Part shown: positions 30,423-39,875 of the stretch, in pieces
Layout of the letters: each line of letters starts with the position of its first letter
Numbering within the stretch: the stretch's first letter is position 1
Assembly (NCBI GenBank): GCA_963758525.1
Contig: CAVWVQ010000002.1
Location: forward strand, 32,001-96,000
DNA length: 64,000 bases
Origin: an uncultured Phycisphaerales bacterium
Lineage (GTDB): Bacteria > Planctomycetota > Phycisphaerae > Tepidisphaerales > Tepidisphaeraceae
Direction: 5' to 3'
Translations under genes and position numbers: made by a program
The notes under the pieces: model-generated
What the model was told of the DNA's origin: nothing
What the model saw: only the letters and a program-made list of their open reading frames with translations
The model's database searches: none

Positions 30423-32396
30423 ATGCCCAGCGATTTAGTTCCACCCGTTGCCCCCTGTTTCCTCACGCACAACCTCGCGCTGGGCGGCGCGCAGACCGCG
30501 GTTCTCCGGCTTATTAGCGCACTGCCAGCTTGGGCAAGGGAGCGGACCACTTTATATAGCCAGAGCGCCGAAATGCCGTTGCTCGAAGCGGCGGTCAGGA
30601 AACATGGCTTCTCCGTCGGCCATGTCACGAACCAGCCCCCGCCAGATCCTTCCTGTTGGGTGGTGAGCTACGGCAACATTGCGGATCTGGTGCCACGACC
30701 CACTTCGTTGATTCTTCATTCATGGGATGATGCTGGATGGCGCTACGTGACCAGCGCCTACGGCTCGCTTCGCGGGGCGAACGTCGCCGCGGTGTCGCGG
30801 CAGGTTTTGGATCGCTATCGGCCTTGGATCACTGGCAACGCGCATCAGATCGCAGGCATCCTTCCACCCCCGGTGACAGAGTGGTGCATTGCGCGAGGCC
30901 GGCCGCTGCGCGACCGGCTCAACGTCGGCTGGATGGGCCGCCCGCTGGAGTCGAAGGGTTTGCTGAGCCTCCCCTATTTGCTGAAACTTGAGCCGCGGAT
31001 GGTGATCCGCGCCTGGACTGGCGCCCAGACCGGCGGTTCGCCGCATGCCATGAAGGAGCAGGCCGCGACCATGGACGCCCTGGTCAGGCTGGCCGCAAAA
31101 TTGAAGGTGACAAATCGGCTCGACCTGCGCCCGCTCGATTTCGATCCATTCTCCTGCAGGCACCGGCTTGAGGGAATCGACGTGCTGCTGGGCAACAGCC
31201 GGCAGGAGGGATTTCTGCTCACTGCCGCCGAGGCGCTCAGTTGCGGCATTCCCGTGGTCGTCACGCGAAGCTGCGGCATAGCCGATCTGATCCGCGAAGG
31301 CGTCAACGGCTGCCTGATCGACTGGGATGATAATCCCAAACGGCTTGCCGCCGCGTCGCTCGACGCGCTGCGAAGGGCCGCGTCCCTCGACTCCTTCGCA
31401 TGCCTGCGCAGCGCGCGGGAACTCTCGCTCTCCGCGGGATATCGTCACGCCCACGGCCAGACGCTTGCCTCGCTCACGCACACATCGCTGCAATCCTTGA
31501 CGCCGCGAATTACGGTCGGCGTTCGCATCCACCACGGCACGCGCGTTGAATGCCTCGACCAGGCGATCAGCAGTTTGGCGCTGCAAACGTATCGTCACTT
31601 CAAGACGATACTGCTTGTCGACGGGCCCTGGGAGTGGGGCCAGATGCTCGCCGAACGATATGATTTGCCCCTCCTCTGCACGGGGACCAGCGCGGATATC
31701 ACCCATTGCAGCGCGCTGCACCGCCAGGCGCTGGCCGCGTGTGACACTGAATTCTACAAGCCGTTGGATTACGACGATCAGCTTCTGCCAGACTATCTCG
31801 CGCGCGCCGTGGAGACGCTGGACTGGAGCGGCGCGGATGTCTATGGCTGTCTGCTCTGGACGCTCGAAGACGGGGAACTGTCCGAGCGCCGCTGGCCCCA
31901 CAAGCCGCTGGAAACGATGTTCACCGGCAATTCCGACGACAACATGCTGCCGCACTCTTCGGTTTTAATGAAAACGTCGATCGTTCGCGCGGCAGGGAAC
32001 TACCAGGAGCGCGCCATCGGACTTGGGGCCGACGATTACCATCTCTGGTATCGCATCCATAAAGCCGGGGGTCGCTTCGTTCGCGACGACGAATCGCGAA
32101 ACGTGGTGTATCGCATCCACGACCGCAACTCGCTGCGCATCCGCCGCAGGCGATTTGGCGCATCGAACTCGCGACGCGACCTGATCGCCGGAGCCACGGC
32201 GGCATCGCTGGCGCTGTGGATGGCGCCGCGCCTCCCGAGCGCGCACGCAGTCGGGCCAACTGCTGATGCGGGCTTGATCAGGGACGAAGCCCAGGATGAC
32301 CAGGTTCCAGCGCCGCGGAAAATACCCGCGTCCAAACACGATGGCTCGCAATTGCCCCACGCTCCGCCCGAGGCGATTCTGCCGCCGCATTCGTAG
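30423..32396 (+). CDS. Bifunctional glycosyltransferase (GT4-like plus GT2-like)
   Basis: LGGAQT, SRQEGFLLTAAEALSCGIPVV (GT-B); LDQAISSLALQTY, LDYDD, HSSVLM, DDYHLW (GT-A). Confidence 0.82.
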   Translation: MPSDLVPPVAPCFLTHNLALGGAQTAVLRLISALPAWARERTTLYSQSAEMPLLEAAVRKHGFSVGHVTNQPPPDPSCWVVSYGNIADLVPRPTSLILHSWDDAGWRYVTSAYGSLRGANVAAVSRQVLDRYRPWITGNAHQIAGILPPPVTEWCIARGRPLRDRLNVGWMGRPLESKGLLSLPYLLKLEPRMVIRAWTGAQTGGSPHAMKEQAATMDALVRLAAKLKVTNRLDLRPLDFDPFSCRHRLEGIDVLLGNSRQEGFLLTAAEALSCGIPVVVTRSCGIADLIREGVNGCLIDWDDNPKRLAAASLDALRRAASLDSFACLRSARELSLSAGYRHAHGQTLASLTHTSLQSLTPRITVGVRIHHGTRVECLDQAISSLALQTYRHFKTILLVDGPWEWGQMLAERYDLPLLCTGTSADITHCSALHRQALAACDTEFYKPLDYDDQLLPDYLARAVETLDWSGADVYGCLLWTLEDGELSERRWPHKPLETMFTGNSDDNMLPHSSVLMKTSIVRAAGNYQERAIGLGADDYHLWYRIHKAGGRFVRDDESRNVVYRIHDRNSLRIRRRRFGASNSRRDLIAGATAASLALWMAPRLPSAHAVGPTADAGLIRDEAQDDQVPAPRKIPASKHDGSQLPHAPPEAILPPHS

Positions 32397-32522
32397 TGCG
32401 TCGCGCGGTTGCTGGAGCAGTTTTGAGGTGGGAGCAGCGGGCATTGCGGTGCAGGCTTCGAGGCTGCTCCTCAAAGGCAGGCTCAAATCCCGCGCCACAA
32501 ACGCCACATCGATCGGAAACCG

Positions 32523-33059
32523 CTAATTGTCGCTTGTATCGGCCGATGGATCATGCACGTCGGTCACGACGCTGCCGGAATCCACCCGTATCGCCGGTGG
32601 TCCGTTATACCAGTCGCAGCCGTGCGCCGCGGATTGCCCGGGCGAGAGAACGCCTTGCGAAATAAAATCAACGGTCCGGTCGGCGTACCGCTGGTCGAAG
32701 AGCGTCAGATACAATCCGGTGATCTCGCGCCGGCCGACGTTTTGCACGCTCCAGGTGATGTGATGCCCGCCCTCGCTGACCCGGAAATGCGCGTGGAGCA
32801 TCGAGATGGCAATGGGAGTGGTGGGTGTTGCCGATGGGTGCGGCGCAGAAGCTCGAGCCGGCGGCATCTGCGAATCGATGATGTAGTCAGCGGGAAGGCG
32901 GGTCCAGAAGCAAGCCACCGCCAGAAGCAGCAACCCCGCGCCGATCCCGAACACTCGGCCGCGATCAATGCTCCGGCGAGGGGCCTGCGTCGACGATGCG
33001 CCGTCGATGCCTGGCGGAGAAGGCGAAACAGCCGACGCTCGTTCACCCAAATCGCCCAT
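32523..33059 (-). CDS. Hypothetical single-TM protein
   Basis: TM VFGIGAGLLLLAVACFW followed by a beta-rich domain. Confidence 0.5.
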   Translation of the reverse strand: MGDLGERASAVSPSPPGIDGASSTQAPRRSIDRGRVFGIGAGLLLLAVACFWTRLPADYIIDSQMPPARASAPHPSATPTTPIAISMLHAHFRVSEGGHHITWSVQNVGRREITGLYLTLFDQRYADRTVDFISQGVLSPGQSAAHGCDWYNGPPAIRVDSGSVVTDVHDPSADTSDN

Positions 33060-33188
33060 GAAGTGCTCTCACAGAATTCTGATTTTGAGTATAACCGCCA
33101 TCAGGACCGGCCGCCTTCATTCGCCACGCGTTTGATCCGGATCGGCCGCACGCACGAGGTAAAGCCAATCACGTCACCGATCAACATC

Positions 33189-34280
33189 GTGAACTCCCAG
33201 ACACCTTCCGCTGCGTTGCCAGACTTTTTTACCACGAACGCGCCGGCGCGGCTCACGACCTCATTTGACGAATGGGCGATCCTCGGTGGAGTGCGTTTTC
33301 TGCTGGCGATGCTTGTGCTGCTGGGTCACTGCAACGATTTCCGGCTGCGGCCGGGTACGGGATGGACATCTGCAGGCGCCGCTTTCGGAGGCCAAGCCGC
33401 CGTGTACGGATTCCTGTTCATCTCCGGCTATTCCATGGCTCACAGCCTCCGACACCCCCGGGGATTTTATCTTCGGCGCGTTCGACGCATCATGCCTCTC
33501 TACCTGGCCGGTCTTTTCGTGGGGCTGGCGGTCACGGAAGCGGCCGGCGGGTCCATTACGATGCCCAGCGGCGCGGTCGTCGTATCCCCGCACTTCTGGG
33601 AATTCGCTGGAAACGCGCTGCTCCTGCAACTGTGGATTTGCGCCCCGGTGCCCTGCAACGGCCCGCTCTGGACCATCAGTGCCGAAGCCTTTTACTACTT
33701 GATCGCCCCGCTCCTGAGATGGGCCAAGCCCTGGATGCTTTGCCTGCTGATCTGGATATCAGCGACGGCGCAGTTCCTCTGTCGGACGAGTTTCCTGGAA
33801 ACCAGGTGGGGGTTTGCCACGCTGATGATGGCCTGGGCCTGGGTGGGCGGATTCTATTGGTATGGGCACCGCAAGGGCACGACGATGGTTCTGCTGGTGG
33901 TCATGGGCTGCTGGTTCGGCCGATTCAAATACTCAGATATGGCGGACGTTACCATTGTGTTCAGCGCGGCCGTCATGATCGCCGCGCCGCGAATCGCACT
34001 CCTTCGGCTCTGCCGCGCGCCGCTGCTGTATCTGGGGGAACTCTCCTATCCGCTGTACGTCTTTCACTGGCCGACCATCGTCGGGCTCGTTGGCCTGCGC
34101 GGGGTGAAGGACCCTAATGCGTGGGTCGTCGGATCGATCGGAATGGCAATGCTCGGATACCACTTGATCGACAACCTCTTCCGAAGCAGTCCGCTTGTCC
34201 GGGCTTCCAGGGTGCAAAGTGCCGTACAATCGGGGATTGCTCCGGAGCGAACATTCGCGCGCGACCCGGCGGTTACCTGA
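33189..34280 (+). CDS. Acyltransferase-3 (OafA-like) membrane O-acyltransferase; start uncertain
   Basis: GVRFLLAMLVLLGH, FLFISGY, FYLRRVRRIMP, LWTISAEAFYY, LGELSYPLYVFH. Confidence 0.85.
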   Translation: MNSQTPSAALPDFFTTNAPARLTTSFDEWAILGGVRFLLAMLVLLGHCNDFRLRPGTGWTSAGAAFGGQAAVYGFLFISGYSMAHSLRHPRGFYLRRVRRIMPLYLAGLFVGLAVTEAAGGSITMPSGAVVVSPHFWEFAGNALLLQLWICAPVPCNGPLWTISAEAFYYLIAPLLRWAKPWMLCLLIWISATAQFLCRTSFLETRWGFATLMMAWAWVGGFYWYGHRKGTTMVLLVVMGCWFGRFKYSDMADVTIVFSAAVMIAAPRIALLRLCRAPLLYLGELSYPLYVFHWPTIVGLVGLRGVKDPNAWVVGSIGMAMLGYHLIDNLFRSSPLVRASRVQSAVQSGIAPERTFARDPAVT

Positions 34281-34413
34281 AGCTAAAGAGACGTTTCAGG
34301 CCCTCGAACGAGCCACTCCTCTCCCGGTATGAAGGGGCGACAACACAGGGGCTTGAAGCTGAAAGTTTTTCGCAAGCGCGTCATCGTCGACGGTAACGTA
34401 TAGTCTGAGCTTC

Positions 34414-35262
34414 ATGGAGATGATTACTGAGCTTCCCGGATTGCCGCCGCGCCCTGTGGATGGACACAAGGGGATGTTCGGGCGCCTGCTCATAGTCGGC
34501 GGCAGCGACGACATGATCGGCGCGCCGGTTCTGGCGGGAACCGCCGCGCTGCGGACCGGCGCGGGGCTGGTGCAGATCGCGCTTCCCAAATCCGTCCTCG
34601 CCGCGGCGCTGTCGATCACGCCGGAGCTCATCGGGCTTGGCTTGACTCTTCGGGGAAACAAACGCCTGCTCGAAGCCGCGGAGAAAGCGGATGTCCTGGT
34701 CATCGGTCCTGGCCTGGGCCAGAGCGACGAATCCAATGAACGACTCAAACAACTCATGCGGCTCGACAAACCCGCCGTCGTCGACGCTGACGCCTTGAAC
34801 TTTCTCGCTGGCAAAAAGAGATGGCCCGCCTGGTTCAAGCTGCACGCCGTCCTCACGCCGCATCCCGGCGAAATGCAGCGTCTGGCGAAGCTGATCGGGC
34901 GATCAGCGGTTCCCACTGACGAAGCCGGCCGGATTGACATCGCGCTGGCCGCCGCGAATGCGTTCGGACAGATCGTCGTTCTCAAAGGGTTTCGCACGGT
35001 GATCACCGACGGCAAACGCGTGAGCATCAATCACACCGGCAACAGCAGCCTGTCAAAAGCCGGCGCCGGCGATGTGCTGAGCGGCGTCATCGGAACGCTG
35101 TTGGCTCAGCAGATGGACCCCTTCGACGCCGCCAGGCTTGGCGTGCATCTGCACGGCCGTGCCGGAGAAATCGCCGGGGAGCGACTCGGCATGCGCAGCG
35201 TCCTTGCGATCGATGTTGTCGGTGCAATTTCAGAGGCTCTGCGAGAAAGCGAAGCCCGCTGA
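34414..35262 (+). CDS. nnrD: ADP-dependent NAD(P)H-hydrate dehydratase
   Basis: HKGMFG, GAPVLAGTAALRTGAG, IGPGLG, VVDADAL, LTPHPGE, AGAGDVLSG. Confidence 0.92.
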   Translation: MEMITELPGLPPRPVDGHKGMFGRLLIVGGSDDMIGAPVLAGTAALRTGAGLVQIALPKSVLAAALSITPELIGLGLTLRGNKRLLEAAEKADVLVIGPGLGQSDESNERLKQLMRLDKPAVVDADALNFLAGKKRWPAWFKLHAVLTPHPGEMQRLAKLIGRSAVPTDEAGRIDIALAAANAFGQIVVLKGFRTVITDGKRVSINHTGNSSLSKAGAGDVLSGVIGTLLAQQMDPFDAARLGVHLHGRAGEIAGERLGMRSVLAIDVVGAISEALRESEAR

Positions 35263-35330
35263 CGCCTCGGTCAAAGACAGTTTCTCCCTGCCCGCGGCCG
35301 CGCAACACGCCGACGCCGACGGAAGAAGCA

Positions 35331-35726
35331 TCAGGCGCGGGCGAAGGGAATCACGTCGGCCGTGAAGTTGCTCTCGTTTCTCATTTGATGATCGCCATTG
35401 GTCGGCGCGGGGGTTGACGCAGTTGCGTTTTGCGCGGCGGGCTGCGCAGCGACCGAAGGCGCTGCAACAGCGGTCGTCGGCGCAGCGGGCGTGGCGAGAA
35501 TTGTGTTCGGCAGCTTTGAGGGCGCCTGATTGAATTTAAGGGTCCGCTCGAATTCCTGGTTGATTTCGTTTTGCACCGCGCGCACTTCTTCCTGCAGACG
35601 CTCGTGTTGCACGACCATCGCGGCAATCTGATCGTCCATGCGGGCAAGAGCGGTCACTTTGCTATGGGCACGCTGAAACAACGCGACGAGGTTCGTCAGC
35701 TCGCGAGCGGGAAATTCGTTGGGCAT
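35331..35726 (-). CDS. Hypothetical coiled-coil protein with Ala/Pro-rich tail
   Basis: GGAGGAG RBS, heptad pattern, upstream sigma-54-like motif. Confidence 0.65.
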   Translation of the reverse strand: MPNEFPARELTNLVALFQRAHSKVTALARMDDQIAAMVVQHERLQEEVRAVQNEINQEFERTLKFNQAPSKLPNTILATPAAPTTAVAAPSVAAQPAAQNATASTPAPTNGDHQMRNESNFTADVIPFARA

Positions 35727-35757
35727 AACAAGCTCCTCCCCCCGCCTCTGCCTCTGC

Positions 35758-35772
35758 GCAATACTACGGCCA
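35758..35772 (-). promoter_or_regulatory. Putative sigma-54 promoter
   Basis: Minus strand TGGCCG-TAGTA-TTGC (GG-N10-GC), about 30 bp upstream of the ATG at 35726. Confidence 0.55.
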
Positions 35773-35843
35773 ATTGCGCAAAGGATCAAGTGCGGAAGGA
35801 TACTTGTTTGAACCCGTTCAGGCAAAAAAAGGCAAGGGCGATG

Positions 35844-36794
35844 TCAGTGCTTTTTGATCAAACCGTCACGATAGAAGTCGACCATGCGGGCCAGCCCTTC
35901 ACGCCGGGAAATTTCCGGCGCCCAGCCCAGAATCTGCTTGGCTCGCGTGATGTCCGGGCAGCGCACGCGCGGATCGTCGGGAGGCATCGGCTCGAAAATG
36001 ATCTTGCTCTTGGTCCCGGGAACCAGTTGCAGCACTTCCTTGGCGATCTGCAGAATGGAAAGCTCTTCGGGGTTGCCCAGATTGATCGGCTCGTGGAAGT
36101 CGCTCTCCATCGTGAGGTTGATCCCGCGGACCAGATCTGAAACGTAGCAGAGACTGCGCGTTTGCTTGCCTTCGCCAAAGACGGTGATGGGCTCGTCGTT
36201 GAGCGCCTGGCGGATGAAACTGATGACCACGCGCCCGTCGTACGGGTCCATGCGCGGGCCATACGTGTTGAAGATCCGGACCAGGCGCGTGTCGGCTTTG
36301 CGCTCGCGATGGTATGCCATCGTGCACGCTTCGCTGAAGCGCTTCGCTTCGTCGTACATGCTGCGCAGCCCGATTGGATTGACGTTGCCCCAGTAGTCTT
36401 CGCGCTGCGGATGGACGGCTGGATCGCCGTAGCATTCGCTGGTGCTGGCCATTAGAAAGCGGGCGTCTTTGTCGATCGCCAGCTCAAGCAGATTCCACGT
36501 GCCCTGGCTGTTGACCTTCAGCGTCGCCACCTGGTGCTTGACATATCCGATGGGGGACGCCGGCGAAGCCATGTGGTAGATGCGGTCGAGTGAGCCGACC
36601 ACTTCGAGTTTCTCCGTCACATCGTGGCGGACGAAGGTGTATCGCGGGCGCATGCTAAGGTGCGCGATATTCTCCTGGCGTCCGGTAATAAAATTGTCCA
36701 CCCCGATCACTTCGTGACCCTGGGAAAGAAGCAGATCCGTGAGATGAGATCCCAGGAATCCGGCACCGCCCGAGATGAGAACGCGCATAGCCAT
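35844..36794 (-). CDS. UDP-glucuronate decarboxylase (UDP-xylose synthase) family SDR
   Basis: GGAGFLGSH, HMASPASP, STSECYGDP, YWGNVNPIG, YDEAKR, RIFNTYGPRM. Confidence 0.9.
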   Translation of the reverse strand: MAMRVLISGGAGFLGSHLTDLLLSQGHEVIGVDNFITGRQENIAHLSMRPRYTFVRHDVTEKLEVVGSLDRIYHMASPASPIGYVKHQVATLKVNSQGTWNLLELAIDKDARFLMASTSECYGDPAVHPQREDYWGNVNPIGLRSMYDEAKRFSEACTMAYHRERKADTRLVRIFNTYGPRMDPYDGRVVISFIRQALNDEPITVFGEGKQTRSLCYVSDLVRGINLTMESDFHEPINLGNPEELSILQIAKEVLQLVPGTKSKIIFEPMPPDDPRVRCPDITRAKQILGWAPEISRREGLARMVDFYRDGLIKKH

Positions 36795-36818
36795 CCTTCT
36801 GTCTGTCGTTTTACCCTG

Positions 36819-37526
36819 TCAGTCTGTAAATCGGAATCGGACAATTGTCAGGATGGCTTTGACACCATCCTTCCAGGTAATTTTCTTTCCCTCTTCGTAG
36901 CTGCGGCCGTAATAGGCGACACCCACCTCGTAAATCCGCAGCCGCGGCCTGATTTTCGCGATTTTGGCGGTCACTTCCGGCTCAAAGCCGAATCGGTCGC
37001 ATCGCAAGGTTATTTGGTCGAGCACCGGTTTCCGGAAGACTTTGTAGCACACTTCCATGTCCGTCAAGTTTAAATTAGTGAACATGTTGCTCATCGAAGT
37101 GAGAAATTGGTTGCCGAGCGTGTGCCAGAAGTAGAGCACTCGGTGCGGTTCGCCGATAAACCGGCTCCCGTACACGACGTCCGCCCGGTCGTCGAGAATC
37201 GGGCGAAGCAACTTGGGATAATCCGTTGGATCGTATTCGAGATCCGCGTCCTGGACCAGCACGATGTCCCCGCTGGCCAGCTTGAATCCGTCCCGCAGCG
37301 CCGCGCCTTTGCCCTGATTTTCCGGCTTGTGCACGATTTGGAACTGCTCGGCCGGAAACAAAGCGGGCAGTTCGTCGAGCCTGGCGGCGGTGTCATCTTT
37401 CGAGCAGTCGTTAATGCAAAGGATTTCCCGCTCGATCCCGGGAAGCGGGACCGCGGCGACCTTGCCGATCAATTGATGAATCGTGTCTGCCTCGTTGTAG
37501 ATCGGGATCACGATCGACAGTTTCAT
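36819..37526 (-). CDS. GT2 glycosyltransferase (polyprenol-phosphate glycosyltransferase-like)
   Basis: SIVIPIYNE, NQGKGAAL, QDADLEYDP, VYGSRF, EGKKITWKDG. Confidence 0.9.
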   Translation of the reverse strand: MKLSIVIPIYNEADTIHQLIGKVAAVPLPGIEREILCINDCSKDDTAARLDELPALFPAEQFQIVHKPENQGKGAALRDGFKLASGDIVLVQDADLEYDPTDYPKLLRPILDDRADVVYGSRFIGEPHRVLYFWHTLGNQFLTSMSNMFTNLNLTDMEVCYKVFRKPVLDQITLRCDRFGFEPEVTAKIAKIRPRLRIYEVGVAYYGRSYEEGKKITWKDGVKAILTIVRFRFTD

Positions 37527-37614
37527 ACCGCCCTCTCAAGCCTCACACCCCACGGGTCCACGTCGTTGAGCCGCTGCCTGCGGCGTCGCCTCGCGGGACT
37601 TGCGCCGCGAGCGG

Positions 37615-38433
37615 CTACCGGATCCAGCCACGCATCCGATAAATGCGCAACCCGATCGCTTCATGCAGATAGTCTCTCACCGCCTGGAAACGATCGGACA
37701 ACTCCTCTGGATCGGCCAAGTCGTAGCGTGTCTCCAGTGCGGGTGATTGCAGGACGTCCAAACCCGCCGTTCGAAACACCGCGGCTGCCCGCCGCATATG
37801 CCACGCCTGGGTCACCACGATCACCCGATTCCAGCCGAATTCCTTCGCCAGCCTTGCGGTTGCCAGCGCCTCGTCGTGGGTGTTGACAACCGGCCCGCTC
37901 CATTCCAACGGGAGATGCACACCCTGGTCCTGCAACTGTCGGCGAATCTTCGGGTTCCACAACACTCCGCACAAAACCACGTAACGCACGTCTTTTTCTC
38001 GGACGATCAGCGCCGCGTGCTCGAGCCGATCCTCGGCCGAGGAACTTGGAGTTCCGTCCGAGAATACTCCGCATCCCAAAACGACGACGGCATCGGCCCG
38101 CCCGCGCTGGTCGGTCGTGTCAATGCCTCCCACCAGCCAGCGCGCGAATGGAGTGAAGGCGATCAGCGCGATCCACGCCACACTCAGTCCGGCCCACCAC
38201 CACAACACTCGCCGCAACGGTGACATTCCAAGCGCAGCTCCGATAAGCGCGCCGATCACCAGCGCAACTTGCGCTCTTTCCGCATCCAATTTGAACTGCA
38301 GCAGCGTGAACGAGCAAAGCAGGCCGATCGTTGCCCCGGAGATCGCCTGGCCTCGCACGTGGCGTACCTCCCGAGGCTTGTCCTTCGCCGGTGCGCTCCC
38401 ATTTGGCATTCTGTTGTCAGTGACAAGGCTCAT
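37615..38433 (-). CDS. YdcF/DUF218 family membrane protein
   Basis: DAVVVLG, NTHDEA, VTQAWHMRRA, LHEAIG. Confidence 0.82.
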   Translation of the reverse strand: MSLVTDNRMPNGSAPAKDKPREVRHVRGQAISGATIGLLCSFTLLQFKLDAERAQVALVIGALIGAALGMSPLRRVLWWWAGLSVAWIALIAFTPFARWLVGGIDTTDQRGRADAVVVLGCGVFSDGTPSSSAEDRLEHAALIVREKDVRYVVLCGVLWNPKIRRQLQDQGVHLPLEWSGPVVNTHDEALATARLAKEFGWNRVIVVTQAWHMRRAAAVFRTAGLDVLQSPALETRYDLADPEELSDRFQAVRDYLHEAIGLRIYRMRGWIR

Positions 38434-38456
38434 CGCGGCGCATCCTATATGACCTT

Positions 38457-38622
38457 GCGCGATTACGCGCTTCCAAAAACCGTTTAGCGGCTGCCCTAGG
38501 GCAGCATACTGCTGGCACGTGCGCGTAATCGCGCACGTTCATTTAGAACCGCGTTTAGCGGGCTCCCAAAGGGAGCCGCGTATTCAAGCGTGCGCGTAAT
38601 CGCGCACGTTCGTTAGAACCGC
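38457..38622. repeat. Repeated palindrome GTGCGCGTAATCGCGCAC (two direct copies plus one inverted variant)
   Basis: Copies near 38519 and 38590, each followed by GTTC..TTAGAACCGC. Confidence 0.65.
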
Positions 38623-38757
38623 AGAACCGCAGCGACAACGACCGGGCTTGTAAACACTTTCGTCGGAGCGTTTGCTTTGCGTGCTCCCCTCCTCTCGGTC
38701 ACATCCGCGGCCTTCGTCAACTCCCGCTTTGTGCGCCCAGCGCGTATATTTCCGGCC

Positions 38758-39768
38758 ATGGCTAAACACACAATTGTGGCAATCCCTGGCGACGGTATCG
38801 GTCCTGAAGTGACTGCCGCCACACGCCGCGTGCTGGATGCGTCGGGTCTGTCCGTTGAATGGGTCGACGCGATCGCGGGCGCGACCGCCATCGAGCAGGG
38901 GCACGACAACGTTCTGCCTCAGCAGACGCTCAAGGCGATTCAGCTTCATGGCGTCGCTTTGAAAGGTCCCGTCACGACGCCGGTCGGCAAGGGGTTCAAG
39001 TCCGTCAACGTTCAGCTGCGCAAGTCACTCAACCTTTACGCGGCAGTGCGACCGGTGAGGAGCCTCGACGGCGTCAAGACGCGATTCGAGAACGTTGACC
39101 TGGTAATCGTCCGCGAGAACACCGAGGGCCTTTACAGCGGCATCGAAGCCGAAGTGGTTCCCGGCGTCGTCACCAGCATGAAGGTCGCCAGCGAACCGGC
39201 CTGCCTGCGCATCGCGCGCTACGCGTTTCGCTACGCAACGCGGCGGCACCGCAAAAAGATCACCGTGTTCCACAAAGCCAACATCATGAAGATGACCGAC
39301 GGCCTGTTTCTCAAATGCTCCCGCCAGATCTACGAAGAAGAATACCCCAACATCGAATACGACGAGGTGATCATCGACGCCGGCTGCATGAAGCTGGTGC
39401 AGGATCCCAGCCGCATCGATGTCCTGTTGATGGAAAATCTCTACGGCGACGTCGTGAGCGATCTGTGCGCGGGACTGGTCGGCGGCCTGGGTGTCGTTCC
39501 TGGCTCCAACATCGGCGATCACTGCGCGGTGTTCGAAGCCGTTCATGGGAGCGCCGCCGACATCGCCGGCAAAGGGGTTGCCAATCCGCTCGCGCTGATC
39601 ATGAGCGGCGTCATGATGCTCAATCATATTCACGAAGAGGCAATCGGCGCGAAGATCAAGGCCGCGTACAACCAGGTGCTCGTCGAAGGAAAGGTTCGCA
39701 CCCGCGATCTTGGCGGATCGTCCAGCACCGATCAATTTGCCGACGCGGTGATCGCAGCGATGAAATAG
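38758..39768 (+). CDS. Isocitrate/isopropylmalate dehydrogenase family (NAD-dependent IDH-like)
   Basis: IPGDGIGPEV, SVNVQLR, VRENTEGLY, HKANIMK, NLYGD, EAVHGSAADIAGK. Confidence 0.9.
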   Translation: MAKHTIVAIPGDGIGPEVTAATRRVLDASGLSVEWVDAIAGATAIEQGHDNVLPQQTLKAIQLHGVALKGPVTTPVGKGFKSVNVQLRKSLNLYAAVRPVRSLDGVKTRFENVDLVIVRENTEGLYSGIEAEVVPGVVTSMKVASEPACLRIARYAFRYATRRHRKKITVFHKANIMKMTDGLFLKCSRQIYEEEYPNIEYDEVIIDAGCMKLVQDPSRIDVLLMENLYGDVVSDLCAGLVGGLGVVPGSNIGDHCAVFEAVHGSAADIAGKGVANPLALIMSGVMMLNHIHEEAIGAKIKAAYNQVLVEGKVRTRDLGGSSSTDQFADAVIAAMK

Positions 39769-39875
39769 GGTCGAATCACCCCCAAGCGGCTCGCATCGCG
39801 CCATGGCGTGACATGGGCATCTTGCCCATGCAAGTTGCGCTGAGATATCGGGAACTCTTGGTAGGGGAATTTCTC

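Noticed and set aside
32553..33188. N-terminal extension of the acyltransferase ORF
   Set aside because: Overlaps a plausible opposite-strand gene and lacks family motifs; the true start is probably near 33189.
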